In this document: piece by piece, positions 51,970-62,480 of the stretch
How positions within the stretch are numbered: position 1 is the stretch's first letter
Layout: each line of letters opens with the position of its first letter
From: an uncultured delta proteobacterium
Lineage (GTDB): Bacteria > Myxococcota_A > Polyangia > Polyangiales > Polyangiaceae
Length of the DNA: 64,000 nucleotides
Assembly: GCA_963696385.1 (NCBI GenBank)
Contig: CAVOKF010000007.1
Coordinates: forward strand, 608,001-672,000
Reading direction: 5' to 3'
The notes under the pieces: generated by a model
Told to the model about the DNA's origin: nothing
Seen by the model: only the letters and a program-made list of their open reading frames with translations
Databases searched by the model: none
Made by a program: the position numbers and the translations under genes

Positions 51970-54102
51970 CTACTTCCGGCCGGCCTCGGCCGCGAGCTTT
52001 TCGCGGTACTTCTTGACCATCTCTTCCTGCTCGCCCTTCGGAACGGTCGCGTACTTCGCAAATTCCATGGTGAAGGTGCCTTTGCCTTGGGTCGCCGAGC
52101 GCAAATCGGTCGAGTACCCGAACATCGCATTGAGCGGAACCTCGCAGGTGACGCTCACATTTTCGCCACCGACCGTTTCCAAAATCACTCCGCGCCGCTG
52201 GTTGACCTGTCCGACGACCGCCCCCTGAAACTCGATCGGAGCATCAATTTCCACTTTCATGATGGGCTCCAAGATCGTGGGGGCGGACTTCGCGTAGGCC
52301 TCACGAAAGCCCATCAAGGCGGCGGTTTTGAAGGCCAATTCCGACGAATCGACCGCGTGCGCCGCGCCGTCTGTGACCGCGCACCGGATGCCCACCACCG
52401 GAAACCCGATGAGGGTCCCTTTGCGCACCCCTTCCTTGAAACCTTTGTCGCACGACGGAATGTACTCGCGGGGAATCGCGCCTCCTGTGATGTCGTCCAC
52501 GAACTCGTAGGTCTCGACCGCGTCGGCCGGCAGCGGCTCGATGTATCCGAGCACGCGAGCGTACTGCCCGGAGCCGCCGGTTTGCTTTTTGTGGGTGTAG
52601 TTGATGTCCGCCCTCCGCGTGATCGTTTCGCGGTAAGCGACTTGGGGTTTGCCGGCAACGACTTCGCAGTTGTACTCGCGCCGCATGCGCTCCATGTAGA
52701 TGTCGAGATGGAGCTCGCCCATGCCGCTGATGATCGTCTGCTGAGACTCTTCGTCTTGGTGCACCCGGAACGTCGGATCCTCTTTGGTAAAGCGGTTCAG
52801 CGCTTTGGAGAAATTCGTCTCGGCCGCGCGGTCTTTCGGTGCGACGGCCAGCGAGATGACGGCGGCCGGTACGTGCATCGACGTGAGCGTGACGTTGACC
52901 TTGCCGTCGGTGAACGTCTCCCCGGAGCTCGCCTCGACCCCGTAGAACGCGACGATGTCGCCGCTCTCGGCGACCTCGATCTCCTCCCGATCGTCGGAAT
53001 GCATGCGAAACATGCGAGGAACGCGCACTTTGCGCATCTCGTTGCTGGCGTTGTAGATGGTATCGCCCGCAGCCACCTGTCCCTGATAGATGCGAAAGTA
53101 GGTCAGCTGGCCGTATTTGTCCTGCTGGAGCTTGAAGGCGAGCCCGACGAACGGCTTGCTGGGGTCGGAGTCGATGACGATCTTCTCTTCCCGATTGCTC
53201 TGGTCGTGACCCTCGTTGACGACCTCGGTCGGATTGGGCAAGTAGTAGACGACGGCATCGAGCAAAAGCTGGACCCCCTTGTTCTTGATGGCCGATCCGC
53301 ACATCACGGGGGTCATTTTCAGCGCCAAGGTGGCGCGCCGGATGGCCGCTCGGAGCTCGTCGACCGTGATGGGCTCGTCGTTGATGAATTTCTCGGCGAG
53401 CGCGTCGTCCACGTCGGCGACGCGATGGATGATGTCGTGTCGAGCTTCGGCGGCTCGATCGGCGTACTCCGCCGGGATCGGCTCTTCTCGCACCGTCTCG
53501 CCGTCATCGCCGTCGAAGAAAAATGCCTTGCCCACGATGGGATCGATGATCCCCTTGAACCCGGATTCCGCGCCCATCGGAACCTGAAGCTTGACGGGAT
53601 GATGCCCGAGCTTGTCCTTGAGCATGTCGGCGACGCGGTCGTAGTTGGCGCCGGGATTGTCCATCTTGTTGACGAAGGCGATGCGCGGCACGCGGTAGCG
53701 TTTCATCTGCCGATCGACGGTGATCGACTGGCTCTGGACGCCTTTGCCGGAGTCGAGCACCAGGATCGCCCCGTCCAGCACGCGGAGGGCACGCTCGACC
53801 TCGATCGTGAAGTCGACGTGTCCGGGGGTGTCGATGATGTTGATGTTGTGAGGTTGGAGCTGCTGCTGCGAGCCGTTCCAGACGCAGTACGTCGCGGCCG
53901 ACTGGATCGTGATGCCCTTTTCGCGTTCGAGGTCCATCGAGTCCATCTTGGCGCCGACGCCGTCTTTGCCGCGGACCTCGTGAATTTTATGGATGCGCCC
54001 CGTGTAATAGAGAATGCGCTCGGTCAGCGTCGTTTTGCCGGAGTCGATGTGCGCCGAGATGCCGATGTTTCGGATGCGTTCGAGGGGGATGCGTGTAGCC
54101 AC
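51970..54102 (-). CDS. fusA: Elongation factor G, stand-alone spd/mitochondrial-EFG1-like
   Basis: [40 protein letters not shown]. Confidence 0.96.
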   Translation of the reverse strand: MATRIPLERIRNIGISAHIDSGKTTLTERILYYTGRIHKIHEVRGKDGVGAKMDSMDLEREKGITIQSAATYCVWNGSQQQLQPHNINIIDTPGHVDFTIEVERALRVLDGAILVLDSGKGVQSQSITVDRQMKRYRVPRIAFVNKMDNPGANYDRVADMLKDKLGHHPVKLQVPMGAESGFKGIIDPIVGKAFFFDGDDGETVREEPIPAEYADRAAEARHDIIHRVADVDDALAEKFINDEPITVDELRAAIRRATLALKMTPVMCGSAIKNKGVQLLLDAVVYYLPNPTEVVNEGHDQSNREEKIVIDSDPSKPFVGLAFKLQQDKYGQLTYFRIYQGQVAAGDTIYNASNEMRKVRVPRMFRMHSDDREEIEVAESGDIVAFYGVEASSGETFTDGKVNVTLTSMHVPAAVISLAVAPKDRAAETNFSKALNRFTKEDPTFRVHQDEESQQTIISGMGELHLDIYMERMRREYNCEVVAGKPQVAYRETITRRADINYTHKKQTGGSGQYARVLGYIEPLPADAVETYEFVDDITGGAIPREYIPSCDKGFKEGVRKGTLIGFPVVGIRCAVTDGAAHAVDSSELAFKTAALMGFREAYAKSAPTILEPIMKVEIDAPIEFQGAVVGQVNQRRGVILETVGGENVSVTCEVPLNAMFGYSTDLRSATQGKGTFTMEFAKYATVPKGEQEEMVKKYREKLAAEAGRK

Positions 54103-54241
54103 GGGAGTGTATTTTTCTTTCGTAGGGGTTATTTGCGACCGTCCGAGGGTAGCGCGGCCACCGCGACGTCTGCCATCTCCGGGAGAGCCGACCGCGCTCT
54201 GCCGCGACGACTTCGGCGGGCGGGGAGGCTACACTTTCTTC

Positions 54242-54706
54242 GTGCGATTTTTTGGCTCTGCCGTTCTTCTCGTTGCCGCGGCGTGCGCCGCCGGGGATGG
54301 GGTGCGCTTTCAGGTGATCAGCATGGAGCGTCCGCCTGAAGGCCTCGGACTTCGGCCTCCTCCCGACTACGAGCCGTGCTACACGGGCGAGGCACGCGGT
54401 TACGATCGCAATGGGGACGGAAAAATCGACGAAATTCGGATCACCATCAAAGGTCGCGAGCGTTGCTACGGCGAGGACTCGAACCACGACGGGCTCATCG
54501 ACACCTGGGACGTGATGGACGAAGGTGGCCATCTCGTGAAGCGGGCGCATGATGCCAAGGGCGACGGGCGGGCCAACGAGGCTTGGACGTTCGACCCGAC
54601 CCGCCAAGGATGCGCGACGTTGGTGGTCGACCGCAAAGGGGGCGGCGAACCAGACTTTGCAAGCCCGATCGACCTGTGCCCGCCCCTCGCGGACGGAGGG
54701 CGATGA
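54242..54706 (+). CDS. Hypothetical lipoprotein with DxNxDG loops
   Basis: Lipobox AAAC; DRNGDGKID, DSNHDGLID, DAKGDGRAN. Confidence 0.6.
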   Translation: MRFFGSAVLLVAAACAAGDGVRFQVISMERPPEGLGLRPPPDYEPCYTGEARGYDRNGDGKIDEIRITIKGRERCYGEDSNHDGLIDTWDVMDEGGHLVKRAHDAKGDGRANEAWTFDPTRQGCATLVVDRKGGGEPDFASPIDLCPPLADGGR

Positions 54707-54955
54707 GCGGGCTCCATGGCTCTCGCTCGTATCGGCGCCGAACGCTCCAGCTAGCCCCGCTCCGGGTGAACCCGCGGCCCCGTGGACCGTGGCCTGGAAT
54801 GCGAGCGAATCGGGAGGTCCCGCTTTCTGCACGGCACCGCTTGCCGCCCGTCCCGACCGCGTTCAATATAACTGCAAGCGCTCGATAGCGGCCCCCCGCA
54901 CGGGCAGTGATGGACCCTGACGAGTCGCGATGGGGTCAAAGCGGCACCCCTCTGG

Positions 54956-54990
54956 TGGTCAGGCCATCTTGTGGTCAAGTGGACTGATCA
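54956..54990. promoter_or_regulatory. Putative GntR/FadR-type operator sites upstream of the GH79 genes
   Basis: TGGTCAGGCCA and GTGGTCAAGTGGACTGATCA; the latter matches the reverse complement of 60510-60529 at 15/20 positions. Confidence 0.45.
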
Positions 54991-55103
54991 ATCGCCACAA
55001 GGTATGGCTAGAAAAGCCCCTTGTAACGGTTAAGGGCGCGACCTCCACATCGTAACTAACCACAATATCGTACATCGCATCACCCTATGACAGGAATAAT
55101 GGG

Positions 55104-56918
55104 ATGACTTCCATCTATCGATTTGCAGGTCCCGCGCTCTTGGCCGTCGTCGCTCCTGTGGTGGTCAGTGCGGCATGCAGTTCTGGAACGGGCTCCACGC
55201 CGGGATCCAACGCCGGCACGATTCCGACAGGCCAGGGCGCGACGACAACGCCCACGTCAACGTCGACGGCGCCCTCGACCAATTCGACGCCGGCCAGCAC
55301 GGTCGGCGGGCAGTCCGACGATAGCGGATCCCCGCCGCCCGACACGACGGGCGACGCGACAACCGGAAGCGGGACGACGGGCACGACGACCGGCACGGGG
55401 ACCAGCACAGGGACCAGCACGAGCGACGCCGCGCCCGTCTCGACCAGCCCGCCCGTAACGCCGGTGCCCGCCCAGGACTCGGGGGCCGCCACGACGCTTG
55501 CGGCGTGGGGAACGCCGACCGCCGGGGGTCCCACAGGCACAGGGCTGACGGCCTCTGTGACCGTGGACACAAGCACCACCGTCGGCAACATCGGGGCCGA
55601 CTTCATCGGGTTCAGCTACGAGAAAACGCACATCACCAACGACTCGCTCAACAGCACGAATACGGACTTGGTGGGGCTCTACAAGCTCCTCGGTTCTCCG
55701 GTGATGCGACTCGGAGCCGACGACGTCGACAATTGCAATTGGGGTGGAACGGGAACGGCACCCACCGCGGCCTCGGGGCCACCCTTTTCAAAGAGCGTCA
55801 CAACGGGGATGGTCGACGACCTCTGCGCCTTCCTGGGCGCGACGGGAACCAAGATTCTCTACGGCGTCAACTTCCATTCGGACAACGTCACGGCTTCCGC
55901 CGCGGAGGCCGCCTACGCGATGGGCAAGTGCGGATCGAGCATCATCGGGTTCGAGATCGGCAACGAGATCAACCGATACGGATCCTGGTCTTCGCTCCAG
56001 TCGGAGTGGGAATCGTTTGCGACCGCCATTACGGCGACGGCCGGCGCCAACCTGGTCGGTCCGGTGGCCGGCGGAGGAGACGCCCTATCGCTTTCCACGC
56101 CGTTTGCCGCCGACGAATCGGTCAAGTTTGGGAGCAAGCTCGTTCTTCTGACGCAGCATTATTACGCCGGCACCGCCGGCCAGACCACCGCAACGGTGGC
56201 CCGTCTCCAGACACCGGATCCCGACCCTGCGACCTCGCAAGACGGACTCGTCGGCACCTCTTCAACGATGGACAAGGCGGCGACCACCAACAAGATCCCC
56301 GATGCCTGGCGCATGGGTGAGGTCAACACGTTCTCCGGTCACGGCCAGCAGGGAATCAGCGATGCGCTCATCGCAGGCCTCTGGTCGCTCGATCTGATGT
56401 TCGTGGTGGCCGAAAACGGCGGCAGCGGCGTCAACTTCCACGGTGGAGAGGAGGGGATGGATGGATCGAGGGACTTCTATTACGAGCCGATCGAAGAATT
56501 GGACGGCGTCGTACAGCAAGTGCACCCGGTGTATTACGGCATGCTGATGTTCGTCCTCGCCGGAACCGGCCCGATGGTGTCCACAACGGTCACGACCACC
56601 AACCCGTACTTTACTTCGTACGCCATCAAAGCGAACGGATTCGTGAGCGTGGTGCTCGACAACAAGAACGCCACGAGCGGCGTCAACGCCACGGTGAATC
56701 TCGGATCCGCGGTCACCAGCGCAAGCGCGATTTATCTCGAGGGCACGCCGGCCGGCGATCTAACCGCTGCGGCAGGGGACGTGACCGTGGGTGGGAGCCT
56801 GGTCTCGAACGCGGGAGCGTGGACGAGCACTGGGACTTACACTCAGTCGACGTCGGGCAGCTCCGTTACGGTGTACATCCCGCCGGCGGCCGCAGCGCTC
56901 GTCCGCGTCATTCAGTAG
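55104..56918 (+). CDS. GH79-like glycoside hydrolase lipoprotein (beta-glucuronidase/heparanase-like), copy 1
   Basis: Lipobox SAAC, S/T linker, GFSYE, MRLGA, EIGNE, HYY, MGEVN, GVNFHGG, PVYYG. Confidence 0.85.
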   Translation: MTSIYRFAGPALLAVVAPVVVSAACSSGTGSTPGSNAGTIPTGQGATTTPTSTSTAPSTNSTPASTVGGQSDDSGSPPPDTTGDATTGSGTTGTTTGTGTSTGTSTSDAAPVSTSPPVTPVPAQDSGAATTLAAWGTPTAGGPTGTGLTASVTVDTSTTVGNIGADFIGFSYEKTHITNDSLNSTNTDLVGLYKLLGSPVMRLGADDVDNCNWGGTGTAPTAASGPPFSKSVTTGMVDDLCAFLGATGTKILYGVNFHSDNVTASAAEAAYAMGKCGSSIIGFEIGNEINRYGSWSSLQSEWESFATAITATAGANLVGPVAGGGDALSLSTPFAADESVKFGSKLVLLTQHYYAGTAGQTTATVARLQTPDPDPATSQDGLVGTSSTMDKAATTNKIPDAWRMGEVNTFSGHGQQGISDALIAGLWSLDLMFVVAENGGSGVNFHGGEEGMDGSRDFYYEPIEELDGVVQQVHPVYYGMLMFVLAGTGPMVSTTVTTTNPYFTSYAIKANGFVSVVLDNKNATSGVNATVNLGSAVTSASAIYLEGTPAGDLTAAAGDVTVGGSLVSNAGAWTSTGTYTQSTSGSSVTVYIPPAAAALVRVIQ

Positions 56919-56939
56919 CGTTTGTGACCGACCGGGGGA

Positions 56940-56972
56940 CCTCGACGGGGCGCACCCAGCGCACCGTCGAGG
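56940..56972 (+). terminator. Hairpin after GH79 copy 1
   Basis: CCTCGACGG-GGCGC-ACCCA-GCGC-A-CCGTCGAGG inverted repeat; no strong U tract. Confidence 0.45.
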
Positions 56973-57076
56973 CTTCGGCTTTCAGAAAAGGCCCTTTGTG
57001 GACTGTTAAGAGCATCTCCACATCGTGGCCGACCACAATACCCTACACCGCATGACCCTTTCACAGGAATAATGGG

Positions 57077-58894
57077 ATGACTTCCATCTATCGATTTGCG
57101 GGTCCCGCGCTCATGGCCGTCGTAGCTCCCGTGGCGCTCAATGCGGCGTGCAGTTCTGGAACGGGCTCCACCACGCCGGGGTCCAACGTCGGCTCGATTC
57201 CGACCGGGGCCGGCACAACGACGGCGCCCACGTCAACGTCGACGGCGCCCGCGTCAACGTCGACGGCGCCTTCGACGGCTTCGGCGCCGACCAGCACGGT
57301 CGGCGGGCAGTCCGACGATAGCGGATCCCCACCGTCCGAAACGACCGGCGACGCGACCACCGGAAGCGGGACGTCCGGCACAATGACGGGCATGGGGACC
57401 GGCACGGGCGACGCCGCTCCGGTCACGACCGGAACGCCGGTGCCCGCCCAGGACTCGGGGGCCGCCACGACGCTTGCGGCGTGGGGAACGCCGACCGCCG
57501 GGGGTCCCACAGGCACAGGGCTGACGGCCTCTGTGACCGTGGACACAAGCACCACCGTCGGCAACATCGGGGCCGACTTCATCGGGTTCAGCTACGAGAA
57601 AACGCACATCACCAACGACTCGCTCAACAGCACGAATACGGACTTGGTGGGGCTCTACAAGCTCCTCGGTTCTCCGGTGATGCGACTGGGAGCCGACGAC
57701 GTCGACAATTGCAATTGGGGTGGAACGGGAACGGCACCCACCGCGGCCTCGGGGCCACCCTTTTCAAAGAGCGTCACAACGGGGATGGTCGACGACCTCT
57801 GCGCCTTCCTGGGCGCGACGGGAACCAAGATTCTCTACGGCGTCAACTTCCATTCGGACAACGTCACGGCTTCCGCCGCGGAGGCCGCCTACGCGATGGG
57901 CAAGTGCGGATCGAGCATCATCGGGTTCGAGATCGGCAACGAGATCAACCGATACGGATCCTGGTCTTCGCTCCAGTCGGAGTGGGAATCGTTTGCGACC
58001 GCCATTACGGCGACGGCCGGCGCCAACCTGGTCGGTCCGGTGGCCGGCGGAGGAGACGCCCTATCGCTTTCCACGCCGTTTGCCGCCGACGAATCGGTCA
58101 AGTTTGGGAGCAAGCTCGTTCTTCTGACGCAGCATTATTACGCCGGCACCGCCGGCCAGACCACCGCAACGGTGGCCCGTCTCCAGACACCGGATCCCGA
58201 CCCTGCGACCTCGCAAGCTGGACTCGTCGGCACCTCTTCCACGATGGACAAGGCGGCGACCACCAACAAGATCCCCGATGCCTGGCGCATGGGTGAGGTC
58301 AACACGTTCTCCGGTCACGGCCAGCAGGGAATCAGCGATGCGCTCATCGCAGGCCTCTGGTCGCTCGATCTGATGTTCGTGGTGGCCGAAAACGGCGGCA
58401 GCGGCGTCAACTTCCACGGTGGAGAGGAGGGGATGGATGGATCGAGGGACTTCTATTACGAGCCGATCGAAGAATTGGACGGCGTCGTACAGCAAGTGCA
58501 CCCGGTGTATTACGGCATGCTGATGTTCGTCCTCGCCGGAACCGGCCCGATGGTGTCCACAACGGTCACGACCACCAACCCGTACTTTACTTCGTACGCC
58601 ATCAAAGCGAACGGATTCGTGAGCGTGGTGCTCGACAACAAGAACGCCACGAGCGGCGTCAACGCCACGGTGAATCTCGGATCCGCGGTCACCAGCGCAA
58701 GTGCGATTTATCTCGAGGGCACGCCGGCCGGCGACCTGACCGCTGCGGCAGGGGACGTGACCGTGGGTGGGAGCCTGGTCTCGAACGCGGGAGCGTGGAC
58801 GAGCACTGGGACTTACACTCAGTCGACGTCGGGCAGCTCCGTTACGGTGTACATCCCGCCGGCGGCCGCAGCGCTGGTTCGGGTGTATCAGTAG
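57077..58894 (+). CDS. GH79-like glycoside hydrolase lipoprotein, copy 2 (tandem duplicate)
   Basis: Near-identical to copy 1 from PVPAQDSG onward, offset 1976 nt. Confidence 0.85.
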   Translation: MTSIYRFAGPALMAVVAPVALNAACSSGTGSTTPGSNVGSIPTGAGTTTAPTSTSTAPASTSTAPSTASAPTSTVGGQSDDSGSPPSETTGDATTGSGTSGTMTGMGTGTGDAAPVTTGTPVPAQDSGAATTLAAWGTPTAGGPTGTGLTASVTVDTSTTVGNIGADFIGFSYEKTHITNDSLNSTNTDLVGLYKLLGSPVMRLGADDVDNCNWGGTGTAPTAASGPPFSKSVTTGMVDDLCAFLGATGTKILYGVNFHSDNVTASAAEAAYAMGKCGSSIIGFEIGNEINRYGSWSSLQSEWESFATAITATAGANLVGPVAGGGDALSLSTPFAADESVKFGSKLVLLTQHYYAGTAGQTTATVARLQTPDPDPATSQAGLVGTSSTMDKAATTNKIPDAWRMGEVNTFSGHGQQGISDALIAGLWSLDLMFVVAENGGSGVNFHGGEEGMDGSRDFYYEPIEELDGVVQQVHPVYYGMLMFVLAGTGPMVSTTVTTTNPYFTSYAIKANGFVSVVLDNKNATSGVNATVNLGSAVTSASAIYLEGTPAGDLTAAAGDVTVGGSLVSNAGAWTSTGTYTQSTSGSSVTVYIPPAAAALVRVYQ

Positions 58895-58916
58895 TAGCCT
58901 TGTGACCGACCGGCGA

Positions 58917-58949
58917 CCTCGACGGGGCGCACCCAGCGCACCGTCGAGG
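58917..58949 (+). terminator. Hairpin after GH79 copy 2
   Basis: Same inverted repeat as 56940-56972. Confidence 0.45.
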
Positions 58950-58986
58950 TTTCGGCGTTAACGGACTCGCCGACCCCGACCCCGAG

Positions 58987-60360
58987 CTAATCGGAATTCA
59001 GTTCTGGCGCGTGGAGTTCCGAGCCGGGCTGCACGGGTTCGCGCAGCAAGGCCCACAAAACCGCGGACCCGATCAGGTCAAAGAACGCGATCGCTGTGAA
59101 GAGCGGACCGTATCCGATCTTCATCGCTACGATTCCTACCGCCATCGTAAAGAGCGTCCCTCCGAGCCCACCCACCGAACCCGAAAGACCGTTGGCCGTA
59201 GCGACGGCACGCTTCGGAAAGAGGTCGGCCGGAAGGGTCAAGAGCGTAGAGGACATGGCCTGGTGGGCGAACGCGGCGATGCAGAAGAACACGATCGCCC
59301 AGGGCGCAGTCGGGGCTCGGCCGATGAAGATGGCGAACACCATCAGAACGGCGCAGACCGAGGCCGATAGCTTGCGCGCCGTGAGGACCGAGCATCGGAG
59401 CCGGATGAAAAGCGGCGACAGAACGCCGCCAAAGAGGCATCCCACGTCGCCCGCCACGAAGGGCAGCCAGGCAAAATACCCGATCTGCTTCAGGTTCATG
59501 TGCCGCTCGCTCACGAGGTAGAGCGGAATCCAATACGTAAAAAACTGCCACGCCGGCTCCGAGAAGAAGCGAGCAACGGCCAGGGCCCAGAAGTCTCTCC
59601 GCGACAGCACCAGCTTCCAGGTGCCCTTTTGCGCGGGCTCGTCCCTCGCGACGAGTTCGTCCTCGCCCTGCTCGAGATACGCCCGCTCGGAAGGGGAGAG
59701 CCAGGGATGATCTTCCGGCGCACGATAGAGCAGCGTCCAAACCGCCACCCACACGAGGCCGACGGCCCCCGTCACCACGAAAGCCGACCGCCAGCTGTAA
59801 TGCAGAATGAGGTACACGACGAGCGGCGGCGCGATCGCGGCGCCGAGGCCCGCTCCCACATTGAGAATGCCCATCGCGACGGTGCGCTCGCGGGGTCGAA
59901 ACCATTGAGCGACGGTCTTCGCGGCCCCGGGAAAGCTGCCGGCTTCCCCCATGCCCAGCAGGCCGCGGAAAAGCGCGAACGATCGCCATCCGCCCGCGAA
60001 GGCTCCGAGCGCCTGCGCCAGCGACCACCAGAAGATGGAGAGAGCCAGGCCTACGCGGATATTGAGCCAGTCGATGATGCGCCCCGCCACCGGCTGCATC
60101 ACGAGGTACGTGATCTGAAAGGCCATCACGATATGCGAAAAGTCCACCTCGTTGATGGCCAGATCGCGTTTGAGCGACGGCGCGGCCACGGAGAGGCAGG
60201 CCCGATCCAGGTAATTGACGACGGTGACCCCCATCAAGAGGACCGCGATCCACCAGCGAAGGCCTGGGATGTAGAACGCGCGCGAAGCCGCTCTGGTTGT
60301 GGACACGTGCGCCGCCTTCTCCCCGCCCGTCCCGAGCCCGCCCGTCCCTCCCCCGTGCAT
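58987..60360 (-). CDS. exuT: MFS hexuronate transporter, ExuT-like
   Basis: GLRWWI, NYLDR, EAGSFPG, WFRPRER, ARFFSEPAW..FTYWIPLYL, DLFPK. Confidence 0.85.
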   Translation of the reverse strand: MHGGGTGGLGTGGEKAAHVSTTRAASRAFYIPGLRWWIAVLLMGVTVVNYLDRACLSVAAPSLKRDLAINEVDFSHIVMAFQITYLVMQPVAGRIIDWLNIRVGLALSIFWWSLAQALGAFAGGWRSFALFRGLLGMGEAGSFPGAAKTVAQWFRPRERTVAMGILNVGAGLGAAIAPPLVVYLILHYSWRSAFVVTGAVGLVWVAVWTLLYRAPEDHPWLSPSERAYLEQGEDELVARDEPAQKGTWKLVLSRRDFWALAVARFFSEPAWQFFTYWIPLYLVSERHMNLKQIGYFAWLPFVAGDVGCLFGGVLSPLFIRLRCSVLTARKLSASVCAVLMVFAIFIGRAPTAPWAIVFFCIAAFAHQAMSSTLLTLPADLFPKRAVATANGLSGSVGGLGGTLFTMAVGIVAMKIGYGPLFTAIAFFDLIGSAVLWALLREPVQPGSELHAPELNSD

Positions 60361-60508
60361 ACTCCGCCAGCTCTAGTCCAAAGGCGGTCAAGGTGTCCAG
60401 TGGCCTTACCGAATGGCGCCGCAAGGCCGCAGCCCGCGGTCTCCCCCATGCCAAGGGTCCCCGCGCCGAACTCGGCGCGATCTAGCGCTCTTCACGGCCG
60501 AAACGCGG

Positions 60509-60529
60509 GTGGCTAGACCACTTGACCGC
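60509..60529. promoter_or_regulatory. Putative GntR/FadR-type operator overlapping a TTGACC -35-like hexamer
   Basis: GTGGCTAGACCAC near-palindrome followed by TTGACC, in the exuT/porin divergent region. Confidence 0.45.
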
Positions 60530-60820
60530 TGGACGCACACTGCGGTAGAGGTACGCCGCAACGGCTTCTTTCTTGGCCCATCGTCGTCGGCTGTCATCCG
60601 ATCACGCGCGGGGAGCTGCCTTGGATTGACTTCAATCTTATTCTGGGGTTGAGAGTGCTCGCATATCGCCGAATATGCCTTTGAATGCGTCCGGGCGCGA
60701 GGGGTCGTGGCGGGTCCGCCTCTGCGCCCCGTTTTGAGCGCGTGGTTTTCCCTCACTTGTGTCGATCTTGGGCAGAACAAGTCACGCTCCGGGAGATCGC
60801 ATCCCGAAAGGAATCTGACC

Positions 60821-62425
60821 ATGTCTCTGAAATCGTGGCCCATCCTGATCGCCGGTTCCGGTTTGCTGGTCGCGCCCGCCGCTTATGCGCAGTCCAGCGA
60901 CAAGCCGGCCAGCGATGATAAGCCGGCGGCCACGTCGGCGGAGAAACGGTCCGAAGAGCTGACTCCGCCCATCGCCCTGCCCGCCCGAGAATCCGTCTCT
61001 CCGACTCCCGTCAACCCCTGGTGGATCCGGCCCCCACTCGTCGTGACGGCCGGCGACAAGGCCCAATGGAAGCTGACGATCTACGGGTTCGCCGAAGGCG
61101 ACATGATTGGAGACTCCACCCGCAGCTTCAACGACGGATTAAACAACAGCGTCATCGCCCACAACCAGACGCAGGCGGGCGACAACACACGCGTGCAATT
61201 TACCATCCGAAATACCCGCTTGGGATTCAATGCGGTGGCCCCGGAAATCGGCGGCATCCGGTCGTCGGGGGTCCTCGAGTTCGACTTGTTCGGCAATCAG
61301 CCGAGCATCAACGCCGGCGGCGGGTCGTCCGGACAGGCCCCGGGATCGGGTGACACGACCGAGGCCGCATACTTCAACAACGCCGGACTGCGAGTTCGGC
61401 ACGCGTACGTGAAGCTGGAGGATCCCGTCGTCGACGTCTTGGCAGGCCAGTCGTATCATTTGCTGGGGTGGCAAAATTACTTCTTCGGAGCCACGTGCGG
61501 TTTCCTGGGAATGCCGAACGAGTTGTTCAATCGAACGGTGCAGCTTCGACTGAGCCACACGTTCGCGTCGGATGCGGTGAACTTCGACATCGCGGCCGCC
61601 GCGTTCCGCCCCGCTCAGCGGGATTCCGCCATGCCGGATTGGGAAGGGGGGCTTCGCCTAGCCATCAACCACTGGAAGGGGATCACCACCCCGGGCAGCG
61701 GGGGAACGGGGGCACTTCCGGCCGCCATCGGGGTGTCGGGCCTCGAACAATCATTTCGCGTGGACCCTTACGCTCCGCTTCCGGCCCCGCCCATCCCGCT
61801 CAGGGGGTGGGCGATCGCTGCAGACATCCTGTTGCCCATCCTCCCGGCGAGGGACAGCACCGACCGCGGGAACGCGTTGACGATCGTCGGAGAATTCGTC
61901 ACGGGGACGGCCGATGCCGACCAATACACGGGAATGACCGCAGGCGCGACCATGCCCAACGTGTACCCCTTGCCCCTCGACACCCCCGTCAATGGGGCGG
62001 GAGCCGCCACTTCGTCTGGAGCGGGGAATGCGGCGCAAGTCGGCAGCCCGTATACTCCCGACGTCGACCCCGGACTCGTGGCGTTCGATACGGCCGGCGT
62101 CCTTCACACCATCAATTGGACGACGTATCTCATCGACGTCCAGTACTACCTGCCTCCGAACGGTCGCCTTTTCATCACGGGCAACTACAGTCGGGGCCGT
62201 TCCGACAACATCGCGAGTCTTTATCATCCCGATTCTCCCACGCAACCGTGGGTCAACGCGCAAACGGTGTTCCAGTCCTCCTGGTACGTCGACGGCAACG
62301 TGTTTTTCGACATCACGCCAGCGGCTCGGGTGGGCCTTTCGTATCAGCGGGTCACGCAGGAATTTGCCGACGGCACGAGCGCCTACAACAATCGCTACGA
62401 GATGACCTGGCTCTACTTCTTTTAA
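60821..62425 (+). CDS. Outer-membrane porin, DcaP-like
   Basis: Signal peptide ending AYA; IYGF, NTRLGF, LEFD, RVRHAY, LAGQ; terminal YFF. Confidence 0.75.
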   Translation: MSLKSWPILIAGSGLLVAPAAYAQSSDKPASDDKPAATSAEKRSEELTPPIALPARESVSPTPVNPWWIRPPLVVTAGDKAQWKLTIYGFAEGDMIGDSTRSFNDGLNNSVIAHNQTQAGDNTRVQFTIRNTRLGFNAVAPEIGGIRSSGVLEFDLFGNQPSINAGGGSSGQAPGSGDTTEAAYFNNAGLRVRHAYVKLEDPVVDVLAGQSYHLLGWQNYFFGATCGFLGMPNELFNRTVQLRLSHTFASDAVNFDIAAAAFRPAQRDSAMPDWEGGLRLAINHWKGITTPGSGGTGALPAAIGVSGLEQSFRVDPYAPLPAPPIPLRGWAIAADILLPILPARDSTDRGNALTIVGEFVTGTADADQYTGMTAGATMPNVYPLPLDTPVNGAGAATSSGAGNAAQVGSPYTPDVDPGLVAFDTAGVLHTINWTTYLIDVQYYLPPNGRLFITGNYSRGRSDNIASLYHPDSPTQPWVNAQTVFQSSWYVDGNVFFDITPAARVGLSYQRVTQEFADGTSAYNNRYEMTWLYFF

Positions 62426-62448
62426 GGCCCGGTCGTTCGGTTTTTTTT
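62426..62448 (+). terminator. Possible weak intrinsic terminator
   Basis: Short GC stem followed by T8 directly after the porin stop. Confidence 0.35.
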
Positions 62449-62480
62449 CGATGAGCACCGGTGCCGCGAGAGGATGAATC

